Part shown: positions 36,662-48,789 of the stretch, in pieces
How the letters are laid out: each line of letters opens with the position of its first letter
Numbering within the stretch: the first letter of the stretch is position 1
NCBI GenBank assembly: GCA_951406725.2
Contig: OX597840.1
Coordinates: 15,996,001 to 16,060,000, forward strand
Length of the DNA stretch: 64,000 nt
Direction of reading: 5' to 3'
Origin: Octopus vulgaris
Lineage: Eukaryota
Translations under genes and position numbers: made by a program
Notes under the pieces: model-generated
Databases searched by the model: none
Told to the model about the DNA's origin: nothing
What the model saw: only the letters and a program-made list of their open reading frames with translations

Positions 36662-39313
36662 CACAAGAGTGGCTGTGTGGTAAGTAGCTTGCTAACCAAC
36701 CACATGGTTCCGGGTTCAGTCCCACTGCGTGGCATCTTGGGCAAGTGTCTTCTGCTATAGCCTCAGGCCGACCAAAGCCTTGTGAATGGATTTGGTAGAC
36801 AGAAACTGAAAGAAGCCTGTTGTATATATGTGTATATATGTGTGTGTGTGTGTGTGTATTTTTCTTTTGTCACATGGTATTATTTTTGAAAAAAACGACT
36901 GCATAAATTTTTTAAAAGTTTTGGTTTATCTGTAATTATTGAAAACGAAACTTACTCTGTCAATTATTTAGATGTCAATTGCAACCTTACTAATGGGATA
37001 CACGAACCTTATATTAAACCTAATTCTAACTTAGTATATATAAACTACTCTAGCAATCACCCCCGCTCAAATTAAAAAGTCACTAGTACGTAGCATTAGT
37101 CAGAGAATCTCTTATCTATCCTCAAACTGGGACATATTTAATAAGCATTGTGAAAGATATAATACGGCATAGCATAAGGCAGGCTACATGGGTAAAATTA
37201 GGTATATACCCAATAATAATCTTTTGAATCAAGGTGGATCTACTAATACAAACATAAATAAATTTCAAATGGACAATAATAACTGTAGGATAAAGAACAA
37301 TAGTCTATACAAAAATATGTATGGCAATAATACTAGTTTTGGTACTCTTAGAGTTGTTGATCTTAGCTTAAATAACTTAGCACACAATATTGATATTAAT
37401 AATATGAATAATAATAATGATATTATCTATGATAATAGAAAAACTTATTTACACCATAATAATAATAATAAAACCAATTTTAACAATGATTTTAGTCATA
37501 ATCTTGGTAATATTAAACCTAGAGGGCATATGGGTTGGAAGAGGAACAAGGTTTTTGCCGACAATAAGAATTTGATAGGTAACCCACATAGTGATAATGA
37601 TGCACTATGGCTGATAATCCCATATGCAATGCAAATTAAAATGAATATAGTTAGAATAATCCATAATTTATTGTACAAGCATTTTGTGAAGGGTAAGAAT
37701 AAATTTTGTCAAATAATTAACAATAAAACTATTAGAATAGGGTACAGCCTTACTCACAATTTGGCCACCATCATTTCCTCCTTTAATAATAGAAAATTAG
37801 ACCGCTTCTATAGTGATAGAAAGATAAATTTGGGTAGCAGAAATGTGCCTCTCTATAACCGGGGAGGCAATAAATCTAATAGTGCGAACATGAGCAACCC
37901 TCACGCTGGTTATAATAGTACTATCCCTGTAGTGACAAATATTAATTTGATTGATGATACTGCTATTCGCAGTAGTAATCCTAATGATTTGAATATTACA
38001 AATAATGTCAAACATGGACTCCCGTTAAATTTAGGATTAAGTAGTGGGAATGAGGGTAACACTATTAACAATAATAGGGATGCAGTGAATTGTGGAAAGG
38101 TTATATTTCCACAATCGGATAGTAACTGCAATTGCAGAAACAGAGATAAATGTGTGTTCAATAATGAATGCCTGAGGAAAGGAGTGGTTTATCAATGCAT
38201 TGTGAATACACAACATGATAGTAGGATGTATAATGGTGCGACTAAAAATAGTATGAAACAATGACTAAACTATCATAGATACACTTTTAAAAATAAAAAT
38301 AGGATGAATTCTACGGAGTTAAGTACTTATATTTGGGAACTTAAGAGCAAGAATATAGATTTTGACTTAAATTTGAAAATACTCACTTCTGCACCAGTAT
38401 ATAATAATAGAAATAAAAAATGCTCTTTATGTATCAATGAAATTTTCTTCATCATCAAAGCTAGCCTACCCATTATCAATAACATTAATGAGCGAAATTT
38501 TGTTTGCCTTCACAGACTAGCGTAGACCTTCTCTAGATTTAAATAGCACCTAGTTTTCTATCAGTAATTTTTTAACATTTTTTATATAGGATTACGCTCT
38601 TAGGCATTATAATTTATAATTTTATATCTCCACATATGTGTTCTGTATTGATTGTTTTTGTCTCGGCTTGAAAATATATTGAAATATATATGTATATTCT
38701 GATATATACATGGTATTTTGATCATCATGGAATTTTCCATTGGTGTCGGGCATATACACACATCATATCTTAGGCTGTTGGTTTGGGACTTTGATATACG
38801 TAACTAGTTTGGGTCTATATTTGGTATACGGTGTTTACTTTTGGATAAGTATGTGTATATATATTTACTTATATTGTATGTGTATGTCAGTATGTATATG
38901 TATATATATATGTATATGTGTAGGTGTATGTGTTGGTCTACACATGCATGTGTATACTTATATGGGTATATGTGATTGTATATGTATATATATCTTACTT
39001 GTAAGTCTTCCCATGTATTTGTTTGGTAGTCTTAAATACTAAGTTCTCTATGTAAACATCTATATTTGTTCTTGTTTTTTTTTTCTTTTTTTTTTTTTTC
39101 GTTAGTTAGTGGCACCTATTAATTTATAATTAATTTATATCTTACATTTTATATTTAATAATAATTTATGTTAACATATAAATGTATTTGCGTAAATATG
39201 TTCTTCTGTTGTTTGGTTATGCATGAATGTATGTATATGCAAAGCTGTGGGCAGACATGTATATCTGTAATTTCGAACGTGTATGTGGGTATGTCCACAT
39301 ATGTTCATGTGTA

Positions 39314-39346
<33 letters not shown>

Positions 39347-39472
39347 TCATGGGTGGATATGTGTGTATATGTTTTTCATATATATAAATATATATGAGTG
39401 TGTATGTATGTGTATACAAATGTTAACGGATACAATTTGGTGTAGTTCCCCACACCTGTATATATATGGTTT

Positions 39473-40118
39473 CATCATCATCATCATCGTTTAACGTCCG
39501 TTCTCCATGCTAGCATGGGTTGGACGATTCGACCGGGGATCTGGGAAGCCAGAAGGCTGCACCAGGCTCCGGTCTTATCTGGCAATGTTTCTACAGCTGG
39601 ATGCCCTTCCTAACGCCAACCACTCCATGAGTGTAGTGGGTGCTTTTTACGTGCCACCTGCACTGGTGCCAGGCGAGGCTGGCATCGACCACGGTCGGAT
39701 TGGTGCATTTTACGTGCCACCTGCACGGAAGCCAGTCGAGGCAGCACTGGCTTCGGCCACGATTCGGATAGTGCTTTTTACGTGCCACTGACACTGGTGC
39801 CAGGCGAGGCTAGCATTGACCACGGTTGGATTGGTGCATTTTACATGCCACCTGCATGGAAGCCAGTCGAGGCGGCGCTGGCATCGGCCACGATTCGGAT
39901 AGTGCTTTTTACATATCTCCAGTCCAGAGGTCCTGGCATCTGCTGGGTGCCAGTCATAGGATTGGTTCAATTTCGATTCCGATTCCACTTGCCCCAACAG
40001 GTCTTCGCAAGCAAAGGGGGGTTGGCATAGGTGCCTGTCGTCGGATGAGGTTCGATATTGACTTCACTTGCCTCAACAGGTCTTTGTGTGTCCAAGGGAG
40101 GAAAGGCATGCATAAGTG
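39473..40118 (-). mobile_element. RTE 3' UTR/tail nested in the Penelope-like element
   Basis: Same tail as 676-846, with two A/B internal repeat pairs. Confidence 0.8.
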
Positions 40119-41608
40119 GTTTTTGTATGTATATTGTAATTCTATCTGTATGTATATCTGCATACGTTTATATGTATATTCATGCTTTTATGGGTGATTT
40201 TGTGCTAGTGTATATATGTATATTGTGGTGTGCGGGTATGTGTGTGTATATATGTTGGTGCAGTTTTCCCATGCCTGTGCATGTTTATTAGCGGTGTGTG
40301 TGGGGGTGTACATGTGAGCGTATATATGTATATAGCTGTGTGCAGGTGTATGTGTGTGTGTATATATGTTGGTGCAGTTGTCTCATGCCTGTACATGTTT
40401 ATTGGCGGAGGTTTGAGTGGGAACACATTTGAAAGTGTTATCTGGACGGTTTCGCAGCACTATGAATGTTTACAAAATATGCGGTGTAATTTTTAATTAT
40501 GTATCTTATGCAAATAACGTACATCATCTTTATATTGGTTATGGTAAAACCTGTGTATTGCCCATCTTTTTTGTATATTACGAATTACCCTTCCAACCCT
40601 TTCGGTGTATTAACATCTAATATTATCCTAATTTTATAATTCTTAATACTATTTTAGTTAACAGTATGTATATGTATGTATCATCATCATCATCGTCGTT
40701 TAGCTGCTTTTGAGTATATGTGTTTGTTTACATATATATACATTTATGGATATATACGTGAGTAGTTATGTATGTAAGCATGTATGTGTGTATGTAAGCT
40801 TGTATTTCTTGTATTTTGGTTTATCCATGTATATATGTGTAAGCGCACATATACGTGTGTAAGTATTTCTTAATAAACCAACCGTAAGGAAGACAATTGA
40901 AATTCAAATGTGCCAGCCAATCGTATTGAGCTTTCGATCTTAAACTATTTCTAAACTTACTACTTAATATATATCACTGTCAAAAAAAACTCTGGCTAGG
41001 AATGCGTTTATATGCATATACACTTGTGGACTTTGCTATGATGTAAATCAATATTTTTCACTTTATATGTATTTGCTGATCTATAATATTTTGCATTGTG
41101 CTGTATTATTATTATTATTGTTGTTGTTGCTATTATATTGCTATTCCAATATATTATGCTGTTGATGTATTCTACCTGATTTTTCCCACATAATATGTAC
41201 TGTGAACCACGTGATGCACATATTGTTTTGCTGGTATTATTGTTATTAATAATAATAATAATAATATTAGTAGCAATGGTGGTTATGGTAATAGTAATGA
41301 TGGTAATATTAATGGCATTTTGTAACTTAATATAATGAACTCTTGACTTTGTATATGTGCATTTGAATATAGATATGTGTATGTTTGTATATTGTAATAT
41401 TCTAATATATTGATTTGACCAACTGTAACCTTGAATATAGAACATATGTATGTATATTGTTGTATATTATTATGCATATGTATATATATATATATAGGAG
41501 CATGGGTATATGCACTCATATGTATGTGTATATTATATATTATGGGTATGTACCCACTCTTGTATGGGTGTACCTCCTCTGATATTCATATTTAGATTAT
41601 ACTTTATA

Positions 41609-41735
41609 ATCTCTGAAGAGGCCTTGGGATATTTTTGTAAGTGTCTCATTTATAACCACATATAAACTTATCACACCTGGCTAATATGAGCATAATGAGA
41701 TACCCATATCTACAAGGCTGAAACAGCTGTAAGAT
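41609..41735 (+). ncRNA. Type I hammerhead ribozyme motif with long stem II insertion
   Basis: aucu-CUGAAGA-GGCCUUG-[86 nt]-CAAGGCU-GAA-ACAGCUGU-A^agau; canonical core and palindromic stem III. Confidence 0.8.
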
Positions 41736-41945
41736 GTAGTTTATATTTATATTTATTTATATCCACTTATACATATTGTACTTATTGTATCATATTACTC
41801 ATTGATGTGCATGGCATTGTTTTGTTCTGTACTATTATGTTTGACCTTGATGTTCATATGTAGTGGGTTAATAAATTATGTGATTGGGTATTATCTGGTA
41901 ATTGATTATTGATTAAGGTGTATTTCTCATTTTCTTATTTTGTCT

Positions 41946-42001
<56 letters not shown>

Positions 42002-42234
42002 GTATGTGTGTGTATGTATATGTTTGCATGTGTGTTTGCCCCCCCCCCTCGCTTGATATCCGATGCCGGTGTGTTTACGTCCCCGTAACTTAGCGCTTCG
42101 GAAAGAGAGACCGATAGAGTAAGTACTAGACTTACAAAGAATAAGTCCTGGGGTCGATTTGCTCGATTAAAGGCGGTGCTCCAGCATGGCCGCAGTCAAA
42201 TGACTGAAACAAATAAAAGAATAAAAGAACTTAC

Positions 42235-42337
42235 TGTCAGTTTTGGCTCTGACAAAATTCTCCCATTCCTTAAACCATGCCATGCTGATGGCATAAATGA
42301 TGCTGGGATCTTCTTCAGCTCGGAACTTGTTATGGAG
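42235..42337 (-). CDS. USP20: USP20/33 exon (DUSP2 start): LHNKFRAEEDPSIIYAISMAWFKEWENFVRAKTD
   Basis: AG/GT flanks, 103 nt, phase 0 to 1. Confidence 0.93.
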
Positions 42338-42514
42338 CTGGTAATTAGATAAAGAAAAAAAAACAGTTTAAGAAAACATGTAAGAAATACATACATTGTA
42401 AGTTCAATTCACACCAACCTACTTTGTCTACGATTATCAAGAACAACTTTAGATTTGGGCATTGAGGCTTTTTACCCATCATCATAAATTGTCTCTCAGC
42501 TTCTCTCTTGTGTA

Positions 42515-43256
42515 CAAGGTGCTATCAAAAAGCACCCGGACTAGTTCGGTAGCACACCAACAGATGGCAGCACATGGTTGCATGTGCAGTGAGAGCTAAC
42601 AGTGACCGTCGTGTAGTAGTGCACTGAGTGACATCACTGTGTTTACTTCTCAAGTTACGAAATTTGTTTTTGCGATCACATGATGATGATGATGATGATA
42701 TATGCTGTAGTCTGTCATTTTGTCATGGACAGGAACAAAGGCAGCTAGCTGGGCGAAATGCTTAGCGGTATTTTGTCTGCCATTACGTACTGGGTTCAAA
42801 TTCTGCCGAGGTCGATTTGCCTTTCATCCTTTTGGGGTCGATAAATTAAGTACCAGTTACACACTGGGGTTGATGTAATCGACTTAATCTCTTTGTCTGT
42901 CCCCTCTATGTTTAGCCCCTTGTGGGCAATAAAGAAATAAGGAACAAAGAGCCAACGTGAAATTTTGCATTTAACTTGGGAAATCTGCTACAGAGAATTG
43001 AGCATGCTTGGGCATTGAGCACCCTTACAACAAGGCAATGGGTTGTATGCAATGTTTCGAGCAGCACGGGCACTTCAGTAGTGGAAGAGTGTCCCTGGAA
43101 GACAACAAGCAATCTGGAAGACCTGCCACCCCTGGAAATATGGTACTGTGCATCAAGAATTTGTACCCCGGGGCTAAACCATCAATTGAGATGTTTTGAA
43201 GTGTTTGGGGAAGGACATTCAGTGAAAAAATGAAATCAACCAAGAAAACATATTTT
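42515..43256 (+). mobile_element. Decayed mariner element 5' part, interrupted by a family A SINE (42741-42939)
   Basis: MDRNKEQRANVKFC...FSSGRVSLEDNKQSGRPAT HTH region; SINE TSD aggaacaaag at 42731-42740 and 42940-42949. Confidence 0.8.
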
Positions 43257-43273
43257 GGGTGGTTAGTTATGTT

Positions 43274-43716
43274 TCTTATTTCTTTTTTGCCCACAAGGGG
43301 CTAAACATAGAGGGGACAAACAAGGACACACAAACGGATTAAGTCGATTACATCGACCCCAGTGCGTAACTGGTACTTAATTTATCAGCCCCGAAAGGAT
43401 GAAAGGCAAAGTCGACCTCGGCGGAATTTGAACTCAGAACGTAAAGACAGACGAAAGACTGCTAAGCATTTCGCCCGGCTTGCTAATGTTTCTTATTTCT
43501 TTATTGCCCACAAGGGGCTAAACAGAGGGGACAAACAAGGACAGACAAAGCGATTAAGTCACATCGACCTCAGTGTGTAACTGCTACTTAATTTATCGGC
43601 CCTGAAAGGATGAAAGTCAACCTCGGCGGAATTTGAACTCAGAACGTAACGGCAGACGAAATACCACTAAGCATTTTGCCCGGTGCGCTAACGTTTCTAC
43701 CAGCTCGCTGCCTTGC
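43274..43716 (-). mobile_element. Head-to-tail dimer of family A SINE with a single 13-bp TSD
   Basis: TSD ggttagttatgtt at 43261-43273 and 43717-43729. Confidence 0.88.
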
Positions 43717-43769
43717 GGTTAGTTATGTTAGATGGAAGAAGTGATTGATGCAGGAAAATAACTATTTAC

Positions 43770-43878
43770 CTTGACAAAGGAGGCTATTTCTTCATTTTGT
43801 CTGATCTTTAGTTTTTCCAGCTGAGCTTCACAAGTCTTGCAATGTATGAGGTGTGTACAGGCGGGACCACCACCAAAT
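43770..43878 (-). CDS. USP20: USP20/33 exon: (R)FGGGPACTHLIHCKTCEAQLEKLKIRQNEEIASFVK
   Basis: AG/GT flanks, 109 nt, phase 2 to 0. Confidence 0.93.
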
Positions 43879-44124
43879 CTGAAATGAGAATGGAAACAAA
43901 CCAATTAAGGAACTTCCACACCATCAACCTTTTCTATTAGACATAACAGCCAAATATCCTTCAAATGACACCACCCCTACTTCTTTAAAAACAGAAGTAC
44001 ACACTGGATAATGTATTCTTTGATACACAATGTCTGGATAGCTATGGTTGGAAATCTTTTATGATAGTTATGGTTTATCATCATCATCAATATTATAAGG
44101 ACATATGGAGTAATACCAACATAC

Positions 44125-44206
44125 CTGTCATGTAAATACTGCCAAACTGGTTGGCTCAGAAGAACCACAAGATTCTCAACATAACCAATTTTGGATGGAG
44201 GTACAC
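44125..44206 (-). CDS. USP20: USP20/33 exon: (G)VPPSKIGYVENLVVLLSQPVWQYLHD(R)
   Basis: AG/GT flanks, 82 nt, phase 1 to 2. Confidence 0.93.
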
Positions 44207-44584
44207 CTACAAATTAAAAGGAAAAAAATATTGCTTTACATGATTTCTTTCTTTTTTTTTTTATGCTGGCATATTCTGGACATTTATTCCCATCAGAATC
44301 TCACCATTCAACACACTTGTTTTGTTATCAAGCTGGCAGAATTGTGAGCACGTTGGATAAAATAATTAGAGGGATTTCTTCTGGGTCTTTACGTTCTGCG
44401 TTCAAATTCCACCGAGGTCAACTTTGCCTTTCATGCTTTCATTGTTGATAAAATAAGTCTCTTTTGAACACTGGGGTCAATGTAGACCTAGTGCAAAGAC
44501 GAGTAGAATATGGGAACTGGTATTAAGGAAGGATACAAAAATATTAAGCTTATAATCCCTGAAATTTACTCTAAATTGCCCACA

Positions 44585-44795
44585 GATATATAGCATAGTG
44601 GTTAAGAGCGCAGGTTATTAACCCCAAGATTCTGAGTTCAATTCCTTGAATGAATAATAATATCAAAAAATTACCTTGGGAATGAGAACCCAGGTTTGGG
44701 TTCAAAATTCCACCAGGACACCTGATGAAGGCTGGAGAGCAAATAAGCCGAAACGTTGTGGTAAGAACAAACAAGATGAGGACACATCTGTCCAA
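44585..44795 (+). mobile_element. Hammerhead-bearing SINE (family E) with intact core
   Basis: tRNA-like head, then cac-CUGAUGA-a-GGCU...AGCC-GAA-ACGU-U^gug at 44719-44760. Confidence 0.82.
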
Positions 44796-45159
44796 CACTA
44801 ACTCTAATGTAAATGACTTACCCACTCCAACAAAATTTTGAAACCATTATTATTACATACACTGTTTACATTAGTCAGGGTGGTAGCCTCATCTTGATGG
44901 CTGCTTTTCACTAGATTTCAACTGTTTACACTCCAATCTTCTCCAGGTGTCTTGTGATTCATCTTAGTGCCTTGCCTAGGATTGAACTCAAAACCTGACT
45001 GCACTACATTATACAATTTCATCCACTAAGCCACACCTACAGGCAATGATTGAGTGAATTTTTGAGGCTTACAAACCTCCATTGATGTCTTATACCAGCG
45101 CTTGTACAGACTGGATACTACAATTCTATATATAGAACTACTACTGTTGTTATTGTGTA

Positions 45160-45535
45160 GGCGCAATGGCCCAGTGGTTAGGGCAGCAGACTCGCAGTCA
45201 TAGGATTGCAGATTCAATTCCCAGACCGGGAATTGTGAGTGTTTATTGAGCGAAAACACTTAAAGCTCTACAAGGCTCCACTAGGGGGTAGTGGTGAACT
45301 CTGCTGTACACTTTCACTATAACTTTCTCTCACTCTTTCTTCCTGTTTCTGTTGTACCTGTATTTCAAAGGGCCAACCTTGTTACACTCTGTGTCATGCT
45401 GAATCTCCCCAAAAACTACACTAAGGGTATACGTCTCTGTGGAGTGCTCAGCCACTTGCACATTAATTTCATGAGCAGGCTGTTCCATTGATCGGATCAA
45501 CTGGAACCCATGTCGTCATAACCAACAGAATGCCA
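45160..45535 (+). mobile_element. tRNA-derived SINE (family D)
   Basis: A-box tggcccagtgg, B-box-like attcaattccc; copies at 56013-56368, 19959-20314 (-) and 58407-58710 (-). Confidence 0.85.
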
Positions 45536-47461
45536 CGATGTGAGCTAGCAGAATCGTTAGCATACCAGACAAAATAACACTAACTTCTGAGTTCAAATTC
45601 TGCAGAGGTCAACTTTGCCTCTCATATATTGATCATTATCAATGTGTTGAGTTTAGCATATTGGATTAGCAGAATTGCTGTATTTAGTCGTGGATCTTTA
45701 TATTCTGAGCTCAAATATCACTGAGCTCAACTTTGTCTTTTAATCTTTCCATAGTTGATATAAAAGCAAGTCAAATACTGGGGTCATTTTCAGCTGTTCA
45801 CTGGAAACCCCCAACTAAATCTCTGCCACTGGTCATTCTTGGAGCATCTATGAATGTTTTGGGCTTACTCTCTTCATTTAGACCAGGGATTCTCAACCAT
45901 TTTTTAACTATGGACCTCTTTGAGTACTATTTTATTCTGGTGGACCCCTTTCATCATTTTATATTTAAAAACTAGTTTTATAGAAAATGCTTTCAAAATT
46001 CCTATTTTATTTTTCACACATTAACTTGTGTAGGTTGAACTATGTAAAATGTTAGAGAAAGAAATCCAGCTGTTTCTTGCAATACATACCAATACATACA
46101 TCTAAAGCAAAATTTTCTTAAAGTACTATTGGGGATCTCCAATTTACTATTTTGTTTCATGGACCCCCAAAAATCTTATATGGACCCTGGTTGAGGACCA
46201 CTGATTGTTGTTCCTTCTACATTTGTTTCCTTGTGTAAACATAGGGGACATTACTTTAGCAGAATTGGTAGAGCATCAGACATCAGTCTTTTAGTGTTTG
46301 TGCCCCCTGGTGTTTATAGTTTGAATCCTGCTTGGGTCAACTTTGCTTTTCATCCTTTTGGAGTGAATAAAATAAAATACCAGTCAAATTTTGCCAGAAG
46401 GGCAGCAGTTTTTTTGGGGAGGGGAGGAGTTGATTACATCAACCCCAGTGTTCAAATGGTACTTATTTTATTAATCCTGAAAAGAACGTAGTGACAGTAG
46501 AAATAACTGTTTCTTTACTACCCACAAGGGGCTAAACACAGAGAGGACACACAAGGACAGACAAACAGATTAAGTCGATTATATTGACCCCAGTGCATAA
46601 CTGGTACTTATTTAATCGACCCCGAAAGGATGAAAAGCAAAGTCAATCTCGGCGGAATTTGAACTCAGAACGTAGTGGCAGACGAAATACCGCTAAGCAT
46701 TTCGCCCAGCTCACTGCAATTCAACATATTCATAATAACAAAAAGAATTCAATCAAGAAAACAGTTTAATTTCCACAGTGGACCCAGAACATTAAAGAGT
46801 TTCTATTTGATAACGATCCCCTATACATAACCAATGTTGACACACTCCTGACCAACTCAGGCATTTAAGCTAGAGTAAGCTATTTTATTCCCTTTAAGCA
46901 TTCAGATTACTCTGTTAAACATGATGTTTATTTATTCACATTGTTTTGAATTAATCATGTATTATCTTGTATGTTTGTTTTTAGAATGGCATTGTAGGGT
47001 AGGTGTGTAGGGTTGGTTTGAACATAAAACAGGTTGAATATTTGGGCTGGATATAGCTAGTTTAAATGCTAAAGGGTTAAAAATCAAACCCATATGATCA
47101 TATTAGGGTAGTTACCCCTATTTCCAGCTGTCCCTCATAAAAATGAAATATGAATATTAAAATCTGGCTTGTTATTTGCATTCATTTATGTATCTTAAGA
47201 GCCTACCTCGCTTTCATGCTCTTGCCTGCCAGGCATTCAGAGAAGCTCAGTCAGGGGCAGTGGTAACAAATGCTTGACCAATGCTTGGTCAATCTACTCC
47301 AAAGTCAAACATACCTGGCTATATTGAAACAACGGCCACCAAGAGCAGATGGCATAGGTTGAGATTTACAGAACAATAATTATAATAAAAAAATAAATTT
47401 AAAAAACAAAAATTATTTAAAAAAAGCAAACAAAATAAAAATAAGCACTGAACTGACTGAC

Positions 47462-47567
47462 CTCCATGAGAACAAAGAAAGTCCTGATTGGTGATTGGCC
47501 CCGGTTCAGCAAACGTATTAAATCGATTTATCCATTGTTTGGACACATAAAAATGTAATAAACTGGG
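47462..47567 (-). CDS. USP20: USP20/33 exon (DUSP1): [35 protein letters not shown]
   Basis: AG/GT flanks, 106 nt, phase 0 to 1; strong match to the USP20/33 DUSP motif. Confidence 0.95.
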
Positions 47568-47867
47568 CTGAAATGATATAAATTAAATAAATTTAAACCA
47601 AAGTGCTGAATTAGCTTTTGTTGGGGGGATCAGAGACAAAAGATAAAGGAGTTTCATAAAAAGGGAGAGTGAAGAAAGCAAACTTGCAGCTGTTATAGTT
47701 GTCATTCCTTCTGAGGGAGGAAGGGGAGCAGGGTTAGTTCCAGGTCAGCTATCATTGAGCAAATCAATGATCAAAGACATTCTAGCTATGAGCAACACCT
47801 CTTTCATTCACACACAGTGTATCAGAGATAATATTCTGCAATGTGTCCTTTTATTTTATATATATAT

Positions 47868-48744
47868 TACTAACTTAAGGTGACCCACTACGCGCGGTTA
47901 AGAGTGTGGTTGTTACTTTCAGTTGCTTCCATTCTGTTTTTTATCACCACATTCTCCCTCTCTGTTTCTCTCTCACTTTCTCACTGTCTTACTCTTCCTT
48001 TCTCTCAGACTCTCCTTTGCTTTCTCTTACTCTCTATCTTTATCTATCTATCTGTCTCCCATTTATAAACAACAAAAGATCTTGTGTAAGTTGAGAAAGA
48101 AAGTAGTTTGAAAGATCAATCATAAATATCAGGCAGTGACAACGGAAAGGTCTGCTTCAAAGCAGACAGCAAACACTAACATTTAAAAGAAATAGACGAA
48201 CTTGCGAGCTGAAAAAAAAAATATTGGAAACCAAAGTTTGAAGGGATAGAATCTGAGGATAGTAGAGTCACCATGGCTGGCATTTCTTAACGATGGACAG
48301 CAATGTAGTGGCGGTTTAATGGCTGGTGTAAAATTTTGAACTTGATGTAAAAGAAAATTCCTAAACACCAAGTTTTGAAGTGATTCTTTCTCACGACACT
48401 AGACTCACCATGGCAAGCATTCAAAACTTCTTCATCATGGACGGCAACACATTGAAGATTTAAAGGCTGGCGCCAATTTTTTAGCTTCATGTAACAGAGA
48501 ATTCCTAAACACCCGCTCCTGTAAATTTTAATCACCTTCCAGCCCCATTTAGACCCCTTTTCACATTTTGGTTAATATAACTCGATTTCATTCGGATCTA
48601 CTCGGGCCACATTTTCTAAGATGAGGAATTTTGTCCTAGCGGTCATGCCTTTCATTTGAGGAAAAAAATAGTTGCCATGCAAACTCGCCAGCACTTTTAA
48701 CATAGGTGTGCATATTTTCAGCTCAACCAACAACATAATGCACA

Positions 48745-48789
<45 letters not shown>

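Larger units (their letters stand above)
36860..41950 (+). mobile_element. 5'-truncated Penelope-like element (RT thumb, Cys-rich linker, GIY-YIG endonuclease, long 3' region, HHR-bearing terminal repeat)
   Basis: VNYLDV..PYIKPNSNLVYINYSSNHP; CNCRNRDKCVFNNEC..GVVYQC..MYNG; STELSTYIWELK; in-frame stops; HHR at 41609-41735. Confidence 0.88.
36660..42228 (+). mobile_element. Family B SINE split by an approximately 5.1-kb Penelope-like insertion
   Basis: Head half 36660-36857 and tail half about 41990-42228. Confidence 0.8.
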
